Positions 9,220-19,600 of a DNA stretch of 64,000 nt are shown here, one piece after another. The DNA comes from Pseudomonadota bacterium (GTDB lineage: Bacteria > Myxococcota > JACRCW01 > JAFGSX01), in the NCBI GenBank assembly GCA_043821645.1, contig JBDRCO010000113.1:96001-160000 (forward strand), given 5' to 3'. Position 1 is the stretch's first letter; each line of letters opens with the position of its first letter. A program made the translations under genes and the position numbers. The notes under the pieces are model-generated. The model ran no database searches, was not told the DNA's origin, and worked only from the letters and a program-made list of their open reading frames with translations.

Positions 9220-10968
9220 TCATGCGGCCGTACGCGCGGAGGCCGCGGCGGCCAGCTGTCTTTCCGTGGCGACGGGCAGGGCAATGGTGAAGGTGGTGCC
9301 GTGCCCGACCTCGCTCGCCACCTCGATGCTGCCCCCCAGAGCCTTGATGATACCGTAGCTGATGCTCAGCCCGAGGCCGGTGCCTCGCCCCACAGCCTTG
9401 GTCGTGAAGAAGGGGAAGAACACCTTCTCCAGGATCTCGGACGGCATACCGCAGCCGGTATCCTGCACGTCGATCTCGACCCGTCGCCCGACCTGCCGCG
9501 TGCGCAGGGTGAGGTTGCCGTCGTGAACCATCGCGTCCTTGGCGTTGTTGAGCAGGTTGAGCAGGACCTGATCGAGCTGGTTGCGCCCCAGCATCACCGG
9601 CGGCAGGTCACCCGCCAGCCCCAGCACCACCTCGATGTTGCTGACCTTGAAGTCGGTATCCTTGACCTGCACCACCCGCCGGACCACCAGGTTGATATCG
9701 GTGGGCTCGGGCTCCGGCTCATGCTGTCTGGCAAAGGCCAGGAGCTTTCGCGTGATGTCGCGGCCGCGCATGGTGGCGTCGCGGATGGCGTCCAGGCGCT
9801 CGCGAAACTCGTCGGGGTCGAAGCTCTGCTTGAACTGGGGATCGAGGAGGTCCTTCATCATCGAGGCTTCCTCGTACACGATCGCCAGGGGGTTGTTGAT
9901 CTCGTGCGCCACACCCGCAGCCATCTCGCCCACCGACGCCAGCTTGGCCGCGCTGAACAGCTGCAGCGTCACCTCCTCGCGCGCGCGGTCCGCCTCCTCC
10001 AGCCGCCCGATCACGCTGCGCGTGGTGCGCCGCACCAGCAGCACGAGGCCGAGCAGGGTCACCAGCATGATCGCCACCAGCACCAGGCGCGCCCGGCGGA
10101 GCGGCCAGTAAGCCTGGGCCGTGGGCAGGCGGACGATCAGCGCCCACTCGTTGACTGTCAGCCACGACAGCGCGCGAACGTAGCCTGTGCCTCCCGCATC
10201 GATCTCGTCGAGGAGGGTGTCCTCGGAGCGCGCCGGCACGTAGCTGAACTCCCGCGAAGGCTCCTGCTCGCCGGTCAGGGTCTGACGCTGGCCCTTGGGG
10301 TTGACGATGAAGAACTCCGCGTCGTCGACCAGATGTGACGACGCCACGAACGCACCGAACTCCTTGGGGTCGACACTGGCGCGCAGCACCCAGTCGGCGC
10401 CCTCGTGGGGATAGCGCACCGCCAGGATGAAGTGCGGCTGTCCGCGAAAACCCAGGTACACGTCGCTGATCACGTGACCGCGGCCCGAGGTTGCGAGCTG
10501 CTCGAACCATTCCTCGCCGCTGTAGTCGCGGCCGACCAGGGAGCCGTGGGGACCCGCGTAGCGGACCAGGAGGCCCGCGGGATCGAACAGCCCCAGGTCC
10601 ACGAAGGCCTGGCTGTCGCGCTGGATCTTCTCCAGGGCCCGTTCCAGGTCGGCCTGGGCAGGAGGGAAGCGGAGGTTGTCGGGCTGGAAGACGTTGCGGA
10701 GGTTGACGATGCGTTCTTGCAGGAACAGGTCGACGGTGTTGCGGCGGTTCTCGGCGATGGAGCGCAGGTGGTTGTCGATGCCGGTGCGCAGGGTCTGGTT
10801 GTACTGGTAATGAAAAACCGCCGACAGCACCAGCAGCGGGGTCACGTAGCCCACCAGCAGCTGCCAGCGCAGGCGACTCTTCAGCTGCTCGAAGTAGGCG
10901 TGGTCGCGGTGGGTCGCACTGGCCAGGGGCGACCGGACCTGGTCTGCATTGAGGCGGTTTTCGCTCAC
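9220..10968 (-). CDS. Membrane sensor histidine kinase (Cache-like periplasmic domain, HisKA, HATPase)
   Basis: Two TM helices flank [10 protein letters not shown]...[15 protein letters not shown]-box [12 protein letters not shown]-box [10 protein letters not shown]-boxes DTGCGM and GTGLGLS. Start placed at the GTG after GGGAG. Confidence 0.9.
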   Translation of the reverse strand: MSENRLNADQVRSPLASATHRDHAYFEQLKSRLRWQLLVGYVTPLLVLSAVFHYQYNQTLRTGIDNHLRSIAENRRNTVDLFLQERIVNLRNVFQPDNLRFPPAQADLERALEKIQRDSQAFVDLGLFDPAGLLVRYAGPHGSLVGRDYSGEEWFEQLATSGRGHVISDVYLGFRGQPHFILAVRYPHEGADWVLRASVDPKEFGAFVASSHLVDDAEFFIVNPKGQRQTLTGEQEPSREFSYVPARSEDTLLDEIDAGGTGYVRALSWLTVNEWALIVRLPTAQAYWPLRRARLVLVAIMLVTLLGLVLLVRRTTRSVIGRLEEADRAREEVTLQLFSAAKLASVGEMAAGVAHEINNPLAIVYEEASMMKDLLDPQFKQSFDPDEFRERLDAIRDATMRGRDITRKLLAFARQHEPEPEPTDINLVVRRVVQVKDTDFKVSNIEVVLGLAGDLPPVMLGRNQLDQVLLNLLNNAKDAMVHDGNLTLRTRQVGRRVEIDVQDTGCGMPSEILEKVFFPFFTTKAVGRGTGLGLSISYGIIKALGGSIEVASEVGHGTTFTIALPVATERQLAAAASARTAA

Positions 10969-11174
10969 GAGCCAGCACTCCCGCGAGAATTTCTCGCTTC
11001 TGGGATCGAACGCTGCCGCGCCCCAAGCGTGTATCGGACAGATTGTGAAAGCAGGGTGGTGGTTTTTACGATCTGATTGCCAGGTCGATTCTCGATAAAT
11101 TCCCTTGATAGGCCCTGCCCCCCCGCCAGACATCTCCGGACAGTGCCCGGATCGGCCCTGCGGTGCAGCGCGGT

Positions 11175-11816
11175 TCAGGCCTGGGAGTCGATCAGACCGC
11201 GGCGGATGGCAAAACGCGTCAGGTCAGAGTTATTGCGCAGCCCCAGCTTCTCGAGGATGCGGCCGCGGTGGGTCTCGACCGTGCTGAGGCTCAGGCACAG
11301 CTCCTCGGCCACCTCACGGCTGGTCTGTCCGCCCGCCAGACGCACCAGGACTTGCATCTCGCGGTTCGACAGCACGGCCTCGGGCACGTCGGTCTGTGGC
11401 TGTCCGATGCGGCCGATGAGCTTCTCCTGCACCGCCGGGGTCACGAAGGTGCCGCCGCGGGCCACCACCCGCACCGCGTGCAGCAGCTCGTCGGTGTCCG
11501 CGCCCTTGACCAGGTAGCCCGCGGCCCCGGCGCGCATCACCCGCAGCGCGTACTCCTCGCTGGTGTGCATGGTCAGGATGAGGATGCGCAGCTTGAGACC
11601 GAGAGCCGCGATCTGCTCGGTGGTCCCCAGGCCATCGAGGTCAGGCATGGCGTAGTCCAGCAGCACCACGTCGGGTTTCACCTGCGGGCACAGGCTCACC
11701 GCCTCCCGTCCCGATCCGGTCTGGCCCACCACCTCGATATCCTCCTCGCCATCGAGCAGACGGCACAGGCCAGCGCGAACCAGGGTGTGGTCATCGACCA
11801 CCAGCACGCGGATCAT
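11175..11816 (-). CDS. NarL/FixJ (LuxR-HTH) response regulator
   Basis: MIRVLVVDDH...LLDYAMP receiver; LSNREMQVL...STVETHRGRILEKLG HTH. ATGA overlap with the upstream kinase stop. Confidence 0.93.
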   Translation of the reverse strand: MIRVLVVDDHTLVRAGLCRLLDGEEDIEVVGQTGSGREAVSLCPQVKPDVVLLDYAMPDLDGLGTTEQIAALGLKLRILILTMHTSEEYALRVMRAGAAGYLVKGADTDELLHAVRVVARGGTFVTPAVQEKLIGRIGQPQTDVPEAVLSNREMQVLVRLAGGQTSREVAEELCLSLSTVETHRGRILEKLGLRNNSDLTRFAIRRGLIDSQA

Positions 11817-13804
11817 GACTGGGACTCCTTGTGGACCGCGGTGGGGGACGATCCCGCCTCCGCGGCCTCGACCGGAGCGGACGCGGTGGCCACTCCGGAC
11901 TGGGTACTCGCCGTGAAACGGACGCGCGTCCCCTGGAATGGCGCCGAGCGGATGTCGACCGTTCCATCGACCAGGGTCGCACGTTCGCGCATACCCTCGA
12001 CACCACAACCTTGCCTATCATCGAGCGAGGCCGGCTCGAAGCCGCGTCCGTCATCGTGGACCTCGAGGTAAAGCTCGCCCGAGGCATTGCGCAGCTCGAC
12101 GTGGACCGAGCGCGCATCGGCATGGCGCCGCACGTTGGTCAGGGACTCCTGAAGGATGCGGTAGGCCGTGAGGGCAACCTCGGGAGGCACGGGCCAGCGC
12201 TCGTCGAGACGGAGCTCGACCGCGGTCTCCACCTCGCAGTGCTGCTGGAACTCCCGCAGCAGCTGCTGCACGGCGGGTTCGAGACCCAGGTCGTCGAGCA
12301 GCGGCGGACGCAGCCCGCGGCAGATGCGGCGCAGCTCGTCGGTGGCGTGTTCGACCAGCTGGGCCGTCTCACCGAACTGGTCCTGGACCGCGGGTGAGAT
12401 GTCGGGAAGATGCTTGCGCAGGGAGCCCATCTCCAGTCGCAACGCGGTCAGCAGCTGCCCCAGCTCGTCGTGCAGCTCGCGAGACAGCCGCCCACGTTCC
12501 TGCTCCTGGGCCGACAGGACCTTGCGCGAGAGGAGACCCAGGCGGCGCATGGCACGCAGGCGCGCGCTCACGTCGGTGAGAGTCACCAGCCAGCACGCCA
12601 CATCCCCCTGGCGTAGCCGGGTCCCGCGCAGCTCCACGTCGACGCTCACGCCATCCGCCCTGGGGATGATCGCGTCCATGCGCGCGCGCCCGAGCTGCGC
12701 CAGCTGGCCGCGCAGCGCCTTGGTCTGCCGGGAGCCCTCGTCGCCGAGCAGGGTGGAGAGGGTTTGACCGATGAGCTGTGCCGGCTCGACGCCCAGGATC
12801 TGCCCCGCCGCCGCGCTGGCCTCGACGACGGCCCCGTCTTCATCCAGCACCAGCATGCCGTCGGTGGCGGCGTCGAAGACACCTCGGTACCTGGCCTCGG
12901 ATGCGCGCAGGGCCGCCTCGGCACGCTCGCGCTCACGAACCTCGCGCACCGCGGCTTGCAGCGCCTGGCGGAGTACTTCGGCCCGGCGCAACAGCAGGTG
13001 CACCAGCGCCGCGGCGAGCAGCGAGAGCAAGGCTCCGAGCAGGGGAACGGCAAGGCCGAGCGCCGCTCCGCTCCCGCTGGCGCTGCGCCGGGGTGCCAGC
13101 AGGAGTTTCCAGTGCCGATCCGCAACGTTCACCGCGAAGCTGCGCCCTGAGGCGGCATGGCCAGCGCCCAGGCGGTCGCCATAGACGGCGCGCTCCCCAT
13201 CCCAGACCGCCACCGAAAATTCGCTGCGAAGGCGGTCATGCAAGCCCTCCTCGAGCAGCGAGCGGGCCCGGATCCGGGCAGCCAGGGCGCCCAGGCACTC
13301 CCCGTCCCGGATCAGGGGAGCCACGGCGTACAGGCTCACCCCGTCAGGCCCGCCCAGAGGAGCACTCAGCACGACCTGTCCCTCGCGGCGGGATCTCTGC
13401 GAGGCCTCGTTGAGCTCGGGTGTGTCAACCACATCGAGCGACGCACCGCCGCGATCCACGACCCAGGCGCCGCCGGTGTCGGTCTGGTCGACGAGCAGGG
13501 TCCAGGTCTGAAAACCCTGGAACTCCTCGAGCATCACGGCCGCGAACTCCTCGAAGCGTCGCTGCGAGAAATCTCGGTCTTCATGGGTGGACCAGCGCCG
13601 CGCAAAGAGCTCGACCACCCGCAGGTGCAACTCCAGGAACTCCTGCAGGCTGCGCGAGGCCTGGGTCCCCACGTCCTCGAGGTGCCGGTCCGCCAGCGAG
13701 TGTTGGTGCCGCTGCTGCTCGCGCCAGATCGCGAAGGTCAGCGCCAGCAGAAGAGCCAGCAGGAGCAGGGGCGACAGCCACAGACGGACGAAGCGTCGGG
13801 TCAT
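11813..13804 (-). CDS. Sensor histidine kinase, HisKA_3 type (periplasmic CHASE-like domain, PAS)
   Basis: Two TM helices; PAS (RYRGVFDAATDGM); QEQERGRLSRELHDELGQ; QESLTNVRRHA; DDGRGF; GVEGMRER. Confidence 0.9.
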   Translation of the reverse strand: MTRRFVRLWLSPLLLLALLLALTFAIWREQQRHQHSLADRHLEDVGTQASRSLQEFLELHLRVVELFARRWSTHEDRDFSQRRFEEFAAVMLEEFQGFQTWTLLVDQTDTGGAWVVDRGGASLDVVDTPELNEASQRSRREGQVVLSAPLGGPDGVSLYAVAPLIRDGECLGALAARIRARSLLEEGLHDRLRSEFSVAVWDGERAVYGDRLGAGHAASGRSFAVNVADRHWKLLLAPRRSASGSGAALGLAVPLLGALLSLLAAALVHLLLRRAEVLRQALQAAVREVRERERAEAALRASEARYRGVFDAATDGMLVLDEDGAVVEASAAAGQILGVEPAQLIGQTLSTLLGDEGSRQTKALRGQLAQLGRARMDAIIPRADGVSVDVELRGTRLRQGDVACWLVTLTDVSARLRAMRRLGLLSRKVLSAQEQERGRLSRELHDELGQLLTALRLEMGSLRKHLPDISPAVQDQFGETAQLVEHATDELRRICRGLRPPLLDDLGLEPAVQQLLREFQQHCEVETAVELRLDERWPVPPEVALTAYRILQESLTNVRRHADARSVHVELRNASGELYLEVHDDGRGFEPASLDDRQGCGVEGMRERATLVDGTVDIRSAPFQGTRVRFTASTQSGVATASAPVEAAEAGSSPTAVHKESQS

Positions 13805-14961
13805 CGTACGCCTCGACTCTGGCGGACGAGCTCCTCGACGGGTTCCAGCAAGGCGGACATCTCGGCGTCGAAGCGAGTGTGCTCGAAGCGCCTGGCGTGT
13901 TCGCGCAGGCGCGAGGGGTCGAAACCCTCCCGCACCCTCTCGAAGCGTCGCACAGCCTCGATCAGCGCGGACTCGGTGGACTCCCCGAAGAACACGCCGG
14001 TGGCCCCGTCTCCGTCGCCACGCACCGTCTCCAGGGCCCCTCCCCTGCCAAAGGCGATGACCGGCGTGCCGCAGGCCTGGGCCTCGAGGGGGGTGATGCC
14101 AAAGTCCTCCTCGCCCGGGAAGATCAGCGCCCGCGCGCCCTGGTACAGCCGCCGGGCCTCGTCGTCGTCGACACGGCCGACGAAACGAACATTCGGGCTT
14201 GCCAGGTGCTGCAGACGCGCGGCCTCGGGCCCATCCCCGGCGACGATCAGCGGCAGACCGAGCTGGGCAAAGGCGCGCACGGCCAGGTCCACGCGCTTGT
14301 ACGGGGCCAGGGCACCCAGCACCAGGTAGTGGTCGCGCGACACGCCGGGCTCGGGCACGGCGAAGCGCTCCATGGCGACGGGCGGGTGCACCACGCTGGC
14401 CTCGCGTCCCCAGTGGCGGCGGATGCGCGCAGCCACGTGCTGACTGTTGGCCACCAGCTCAGTGGGACGATGCGCGGTGCGGCGGTCCCACGCCTGCAGG
14501 ACGGGTCGCAGGGCGGTCATGGCCAGGCGCGCTGCGGGTGAGGCACGGCCCGGACCGAAGTAATCGTCGAACTGCTCGTAGACGTAGCGCATCGGTGTGT
14601 GCACGTAGCACAGGTGCCGCGCACCCGAGCCGAGGCGCAGGGCCTTGATGGCGCAGTGACTCGTCGAGACCACGAGATCGAAGGCCGTGACGTCGAGGGC
14701 CTCGACCGCCGCCGGATACAGCGGCAGCAGCTGGCGGTAGCGACGGTGCGCGCCGGGCAGCCTGTCCAGGATGCTGGTCACGATGCGTCTGTCCTCGATG
14801 GCCGACGACACCGAGCCCGGGATGTGAAACAGCGTGTACAGGGGGGCGTGGGGGTAGCGCAGACACAGGCGTTCCAGCACGGCCTCGCCACCCCGCATGC
14901 CCGTGAGCCAGTCATGGGCCAGGGCGACCTGGAGGCCCTCTGTGGAGCGTGCGGCCACCAT
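13801..14961 (-). CDS. Glycosyltransferase family 4 (GT-B)
   Basis: VALAHDWLTGMRGGE, YVHTPMRY, PYKRVDLA and EDFGITPLEAQACGTPVIA motifs. Start uncertain (14961 or 14991). Confidence 0.92.
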   Translation of the reverse strand: MVAARSTEGLQVALAHDWLTGMRGGEAVLERLCLRYPHAPLYTLFHIPGSVSSAIEDRRIVTSILDRLPGAHRRYRQLLPLYPAAVEALDVTAFDLVVSTSHCAIKALRLGSGARHLCYVHTPMRYVYEQFDDYFGPGRASPAARLAMTALRPVLQAWDRRTAHRPTELVANSQHVAARIRRHWGREASVVHPPVAMERFAVPEPGVSRDHYLVLGALAPYKRVDLAVRAFAQLGLPLIVAGDGPEAARLQHLASPNVRFVGRVDDDEARRLYQGARALIFPGEEDFGITPLEAQACGTPVIAFGRGGALETVRGDGDGATGVFFGESTESALIEAVRRFERVREGFDPSRLREHARRFEHTRFDAEMSALLEPVEELVRQSRGVR

Positions 14962-15129
14962 CCTGTGCCTCGCCGCGTCGCGCGCGCGCACACTGGCTTA
15001 GACGATCGCGTCTCAAAGCGAAAGCAAAACGCGCGATCCTCGGGTCGCCAGGACGTGAAAAGGCGATGGCCCAGGACGCAGTGCAGGGCCCCTCTTGACA
15101 GAGATACCCCTTGAGGACACACAGTCCGC

Positions 15130-16593
15130 ATGGCTCGCGCGCCCAGGAATGCCGAGAAAACCAGGCTCTCGCTCACCGCAGTCGCCGAGCTGGCCATCCT
15201 GGCGTGCCTCGCCCTCTGGCTCGGTCTGGCCATGGTCCATCCGCCCTTCTGGGGTTTGATGGACGACCACCTGAACCTGTACGTGCTCTGCCCGGAGATC
15301 TCGGACCAGGGTTTCGCGCACTTCTATCTGGAGTATGTGCGGCGCGACATCGTGGGCTGGGGCATGATGCGCCTCATCTACCCGCTGCAAGTGTTCCTGT
15401 TTTACTGCCATGGCAGCCCCTGGCTCGCGGCGGCCTCCAACCTGGTGCTCGTCATCGCCAGCACCTGGCTGTTCTTCTGGTCCCTGGCGCGCGCCGTCGG
15501 CAACAGCAGCGAGTCCTTCAGGAGCCTGGACGCTCGGCGAGCCGCGGCCCTGGGCACGCTGAGCTGCGTGGCTTTCTTCTGGTACCACGACTTCTTTCTG
15601 CATGTGTCCCTGCAAGAGAAGACCGTGCTGCTGTGGATCGCCGTGGTGGTCGCGGTGCTGTTCTCGAAACGAGGCCAGTCCCTGCGCCCTCTCCCCTTCT
15701 CCCTCCTCTCGGGCGGGCTCCTGCTCGCAGGTCTGGCGATCAAGGGACAGTTTGCGATCGCCTTGCCTTTGCTGGGCGCGCTGCAGTTGACCCGCGAGCT
15801 TCAGCGAGGAGGACTGCGCAGCGCCTGGAGAACCGCAGTCCTCGTGCTGTGGGGCGCTTCGGGAACGCTCGTGGTCAAGGCCGTCGCGATGCGCGGGCCC
15901 TATGCCTCGAGGTTCACCCTGGAGCAGGGCTGGCACAACCTGCACACGCCCATCGCCATTCTCTTCTTGGTTCCTATCCTGCTTGTCGGGACGGTTGCGG
16001 TCCGCGGTGTGCTCCGCCATCGCGGCGATGCGCGGTGGCTGGTCGACGGGGCATCGGCCCTGAGCTTGATCGCGTTCCTGGTGGTGCTCGCCCCGGTGGG
16101 CCTGCGCGGCTACGTGCTGGCGTTTTCCGCGCCCTGGCTGGTCTTGCCCTGGCTGCTGTGGCTCCCGGGGAGATCCTCTCGGGTACTATGGGCAGTCACC
16201 CTTCCTACCGCGGTGCTCGCTCTGACCGTGACCGGATACCGCAGCGCCCGCGCCCTGGAACGCGGAGAGGATCTGCGCCACATCGTGGCCTCGCCACAGC
16301 TCGCGGAACTCGCACGCCGGGGCGAGCCCCTCCGGGTTCCGTGCGTCGAGGGTTCTGCCGCGATCCGACGCTACGTGGCCGCGAATCAGGCTTCTGAGGT
16401 CGTGGTGCTGGGGCCCGACGCGCCCAGAGCATCGGGCAATGAGAGTTCGGTGTGGTTCCACGATTCGAGCAACTGCCCCCTGGGCCGCTTCGCCGAGGAG
16501 CTGGCGCCAACCGCGCGCACGGTGCTCATCGCTCCGAGCTTCGCGGGAAGCTACACGGTGGAGCGTTTTGATCCGTCTGGTTCCGAGAAGTGA
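15130..16593 (+). CDS. Polytopic membrane protein, possible GT-C-type glycosyltransferase
   Basis: About 11 hydrophobic segments, an acidic DD pair (WGLMDDHL) just after the first TM helix, and a soluble C-terminal domain. Confidence 0.55.
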   Translation: MARAPRNAEKTRLSLTAVAELAILACLALWLGLAMVHPPFWGLMDDHLNLYVLCPEISDQGFAHFYLEYVRRDIVGWGMMRLIYPLQVFLFYCHGSPWLAAASNLVLVIASTWLFFWSLARAVGNSSESFRSLDARRAAALGTLSCVAFFWYHDFFLHVSLQEKTVLLWIAVVVAVLFSKRGQSLRPLPFSLLSGGLLLAGLAIKGQFAIALPLLGALQLTRELQRGGLRSAWRTAVLVLWGASGTLVVKAVAMRGPYASRFTLEQGWHNLHTPIAILFLVPILLVGTVAVRGVLRHRGDARWLVDGASALSLIAFLVVLAPVGLRGYVLAFSAPWLVLPWLLWLPGRSSRVLWAVTLPTAVLALTVTGYRSARALERGEDLRHIVASPQLAELARRGEPLRVPCVEGSAAIRRYVAANQASEVVVLGPDAPRASGNESSVWFHDSSNCPLGRFAEELAPTARTVLIAPSFAGSYTVERFDPSGSEK

Positions 16594-16656
16594 GCACAGG
16601 AGCTCGGAGCCTGTCAGGAAAACCCATCGGCTGCGACGTCACTGTTTTGTTTCGGG

Positions 16657-19600
16657 CTAGTCCTGCGCCAGATTGCTGTCGTAGCGGGCGGTGCGGTCGT
16701 ACATCTCGATGCGGCGCTTGTCGCTGTCGTAGGCGCCCTTCCACAGCGGGATGGTGGGATCGTCCCAGGTCTGGTCCGACATGTAGCGAGCGTTGTCGGC
16801 CAGGCTGACCTCGGTCCAGATGTGGTAGCCGCGGAAGTCGCCGCTCGAGGTATTGGCCGCGCCCGAGGCCAGGCGCGAGTCGATGCCGGCGCGCTGCAAC
16901 AGCAGGTGCTCGAAGATGCACTGGTGGCGGCACACGCCCTTGCCGATCTTGGCCAGCTCGCCCAGGGGGAATCGGTACTGCGTGTCCAGCTCGTGGTAGC
17001 GCTTGCTGGCGTCATCCGGGTTGTGGTCCTTGTCCGCCGGGTACTTGATCTTCTCGGTGGTGTAGGCCATCAGGTCCTTGATGCAGGCCTTCTGGCGCTT
17101 GGTCATCTCGGCGGTGCTCAGGGTGGCGCGGCTCTGCCCGGGCGGGAAGTGCTTGTCGATGAGGGGCTGCGCCTCGTCGAGGAACTTCTTGAGTTCGGCA
17201 TCGCTGTTGACGTTGATCGAGACGTCCGAGTAGGTCGAGCCGCTGGTCGAGAACTGGTGTGGGTTGTTGAGCCCGCGGATGCGGCTCAGGGGCACGGTCT
17301 CGGTCTTGTCGCTGCCGTCGGGCGCCCTGTAGGCGATGGTGTAGTTGCCCTTGGCGTCGAAGCCCTGGATGCTCGCCTCGACGATCTTGTACTTGGTGGA
17401 GAAAGGTTTGCCCTCGTCCTGCAGCTCGGTGGCGGCGCTGTCCAGCACGGACCAGTCGACGCTGTCGCCCACCGAATAGGTGGTCTGCAACGGATAGTTG
17501 CGCACGGTGTTGCGGGTGGGGATCTTGACGTCGAAGGCGCCGTCGTCGCGCACGCTGGCCGTGAACAGCTGCGGGTCCACGCCGCCCGTGTAGGGCTTGA
17601 CCACGCCGTCCGAGCCCTGGGTGAAGCGCCCCACCCGACGACCGCGATCGCTGAGTTCGAACACGAACTGCGAGTGCGCGCCGTCCATACCGGTGGCCAG
17701 AACCTGGATGTCCTTGCCCGGGAACTGCTGCTTGAGGGCGTGCACGGGGCCCTTGTTCTCGGCGGTTTGCTGGGCGATGACGTCGAGCAGCTCGACGCTC
17801 TGCTTGGCTCGGGCGCCCCAGCGATCGGCCATCCAGGGCTGTTTGAGAGCGTTCTTGTCGATGGATGCAGCCACCGAGGTGGCCACCTTGTCATTGAACT
17901 GGGCCAGGCCCACGGGCTCGCCGTTGAGCTTGCACAGGGGGACATCCTTGCCCTGCACCTTGAAGCTGGCGATGCGGCCGAGCTTGTTGAAGTCGAAGAA
18001 GGTCTCACCGGGCCAGTTGGCCTTGTAGCCGTCGACGATGCTCTTGAACTGGCCAAAGCCCTGGCCCTCGATCTTGCCGCCGTTGGCCGCGGCCACGGTC
18101 TTGATGGCCTCACCGAGGTTGCCCACGCTCATCTCGGAGCGCAGGTTGTTGCGCAGCAGGTCCTTGACCTCGCTGGCGGCCACGTCCGAAAGCTGCACGC
18201 CGTCCCAGGTCGGGGGCTGCCCCCCGAGCTCGCGCAGGCGCGGCGTGAGGTCCTGCTTGATGTCTTTGACCCGCTGCGCCAGGTCGTTCTTCACACCCAT
18301 GGCGTCGAGCATGCCGTCCTTGGTGTCGCCCCGGGTGTCGAAGGCCCGGTCCGCCACGCGCTTGAACTGCTCGAAGGCCGCCGGGGACAGCGGCTCGGTG
18401 GGCTTGGGCGCGTCGCCCCAGCCCCGATCCCGGGTCGAGAACAGGGTGCCGGCCTCACCCAGGGCGCGGCTCACATCCTTGACCGCATCGTCGTCCTTGA
18501 TCCCCGGCAGCAGGGTCTTGACGTAGTCGGCCTGGGTCCGGGACAGGGGCACGCCGTCGAAGCTCGGGCTCGCCGCGTCGAGCTGCGGGCTCAGGCGCTC
18601 GACGGTCCGGGCGTTGCTGATCGTGGCCAGCGCCTTGGGCGCGTCCGAGGCGAAGCTGCCATAGGCGAAAGAGGCCTGGGGATACTTCTCGATGTAGGTC
18701 TCGAGGGTCTTGTCCAGGTGGCCCAGCTCCTCGGCGTCCCAGGGCTTGCTGTAGTCGCTGTTCAGGTCCTTGAAGACCTTCATTCCCTCGTGCACATTGT
18801 CGATGGCCGCCTTGTCATTGGCATAGGTCAAGGCGCTGAGCTCGAACTGCGAGGCGCCACCTTTGACTGTCTGGTAGCCGGCGCGGCTGCGCTCGGAGCG
18901 CGCCTCGTCCCAGGCCGCAACCAGCTCATCCTTCTTCTCGGGCTTGGCCAGGGCCTCGAAGCGCTGCTTCTGGGCGTCGGTCTTGGTGGCGCCGTCCAGG
19001 GCCCGGTGCGCCAGGGACTGCGCCATGGGCGTGGGCAGGCTGGCGTACTGCTCCAGCAGTCTGTCGACCTGGGCTGAATTCAGGCTGCCCTTCATCCCGT
19101 CCAGGGCCCCGACGCTGGCACAGGTGGCCACGCTGCGCGCGTGCTTGCCCGCACCCTCCAGGGGCACCGGCGTGTTCTTGGCCACGCCGTCGAGCAGGGC
19201 GTCGCCAAGCTTGGTCTTCACCGCGGCGTCGAGTCCATCGAGCTGGCCGGGCTTGTTCAGGGCCATCAGCGCGTCGACGGCCTTGCGGTCCGGGGTGCCC
19301 GAGTCGAGGCTGACCTCCTGCCCGCCCAGGGTCGGCCTGCCGCTGAGGTCATCCACGCCCACGGTCTGGCCGCCGAAGCCCTTGGCCGGCAGGTCCACCG
19401 CCTCGCGCTGGCGGTTCTTCATCAGCAGGCCGAGGTAGTTGGTGGTGCCGTCCGGGCGCTTGAGCTCGTTGCGCTCGCTGGGTGTCATCACCGCGCGCTC
19501 GGCGTCGAGGTGGCCGAGCAGGCTCTCGATGCTGCGGCGGCGGGTGTCCGTGGACACGTCGAGGCCATCGCCCATGGCCTGGCGCAGGGTGCTCACGACC

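Noticed and set aside
11068-11083. TGGCAATCAGATCGT (minus strand) as a sigma54 promoter for the Cache kinase
   Set aside because: The -12 element lacks the conserved GC, so the match is too weak.
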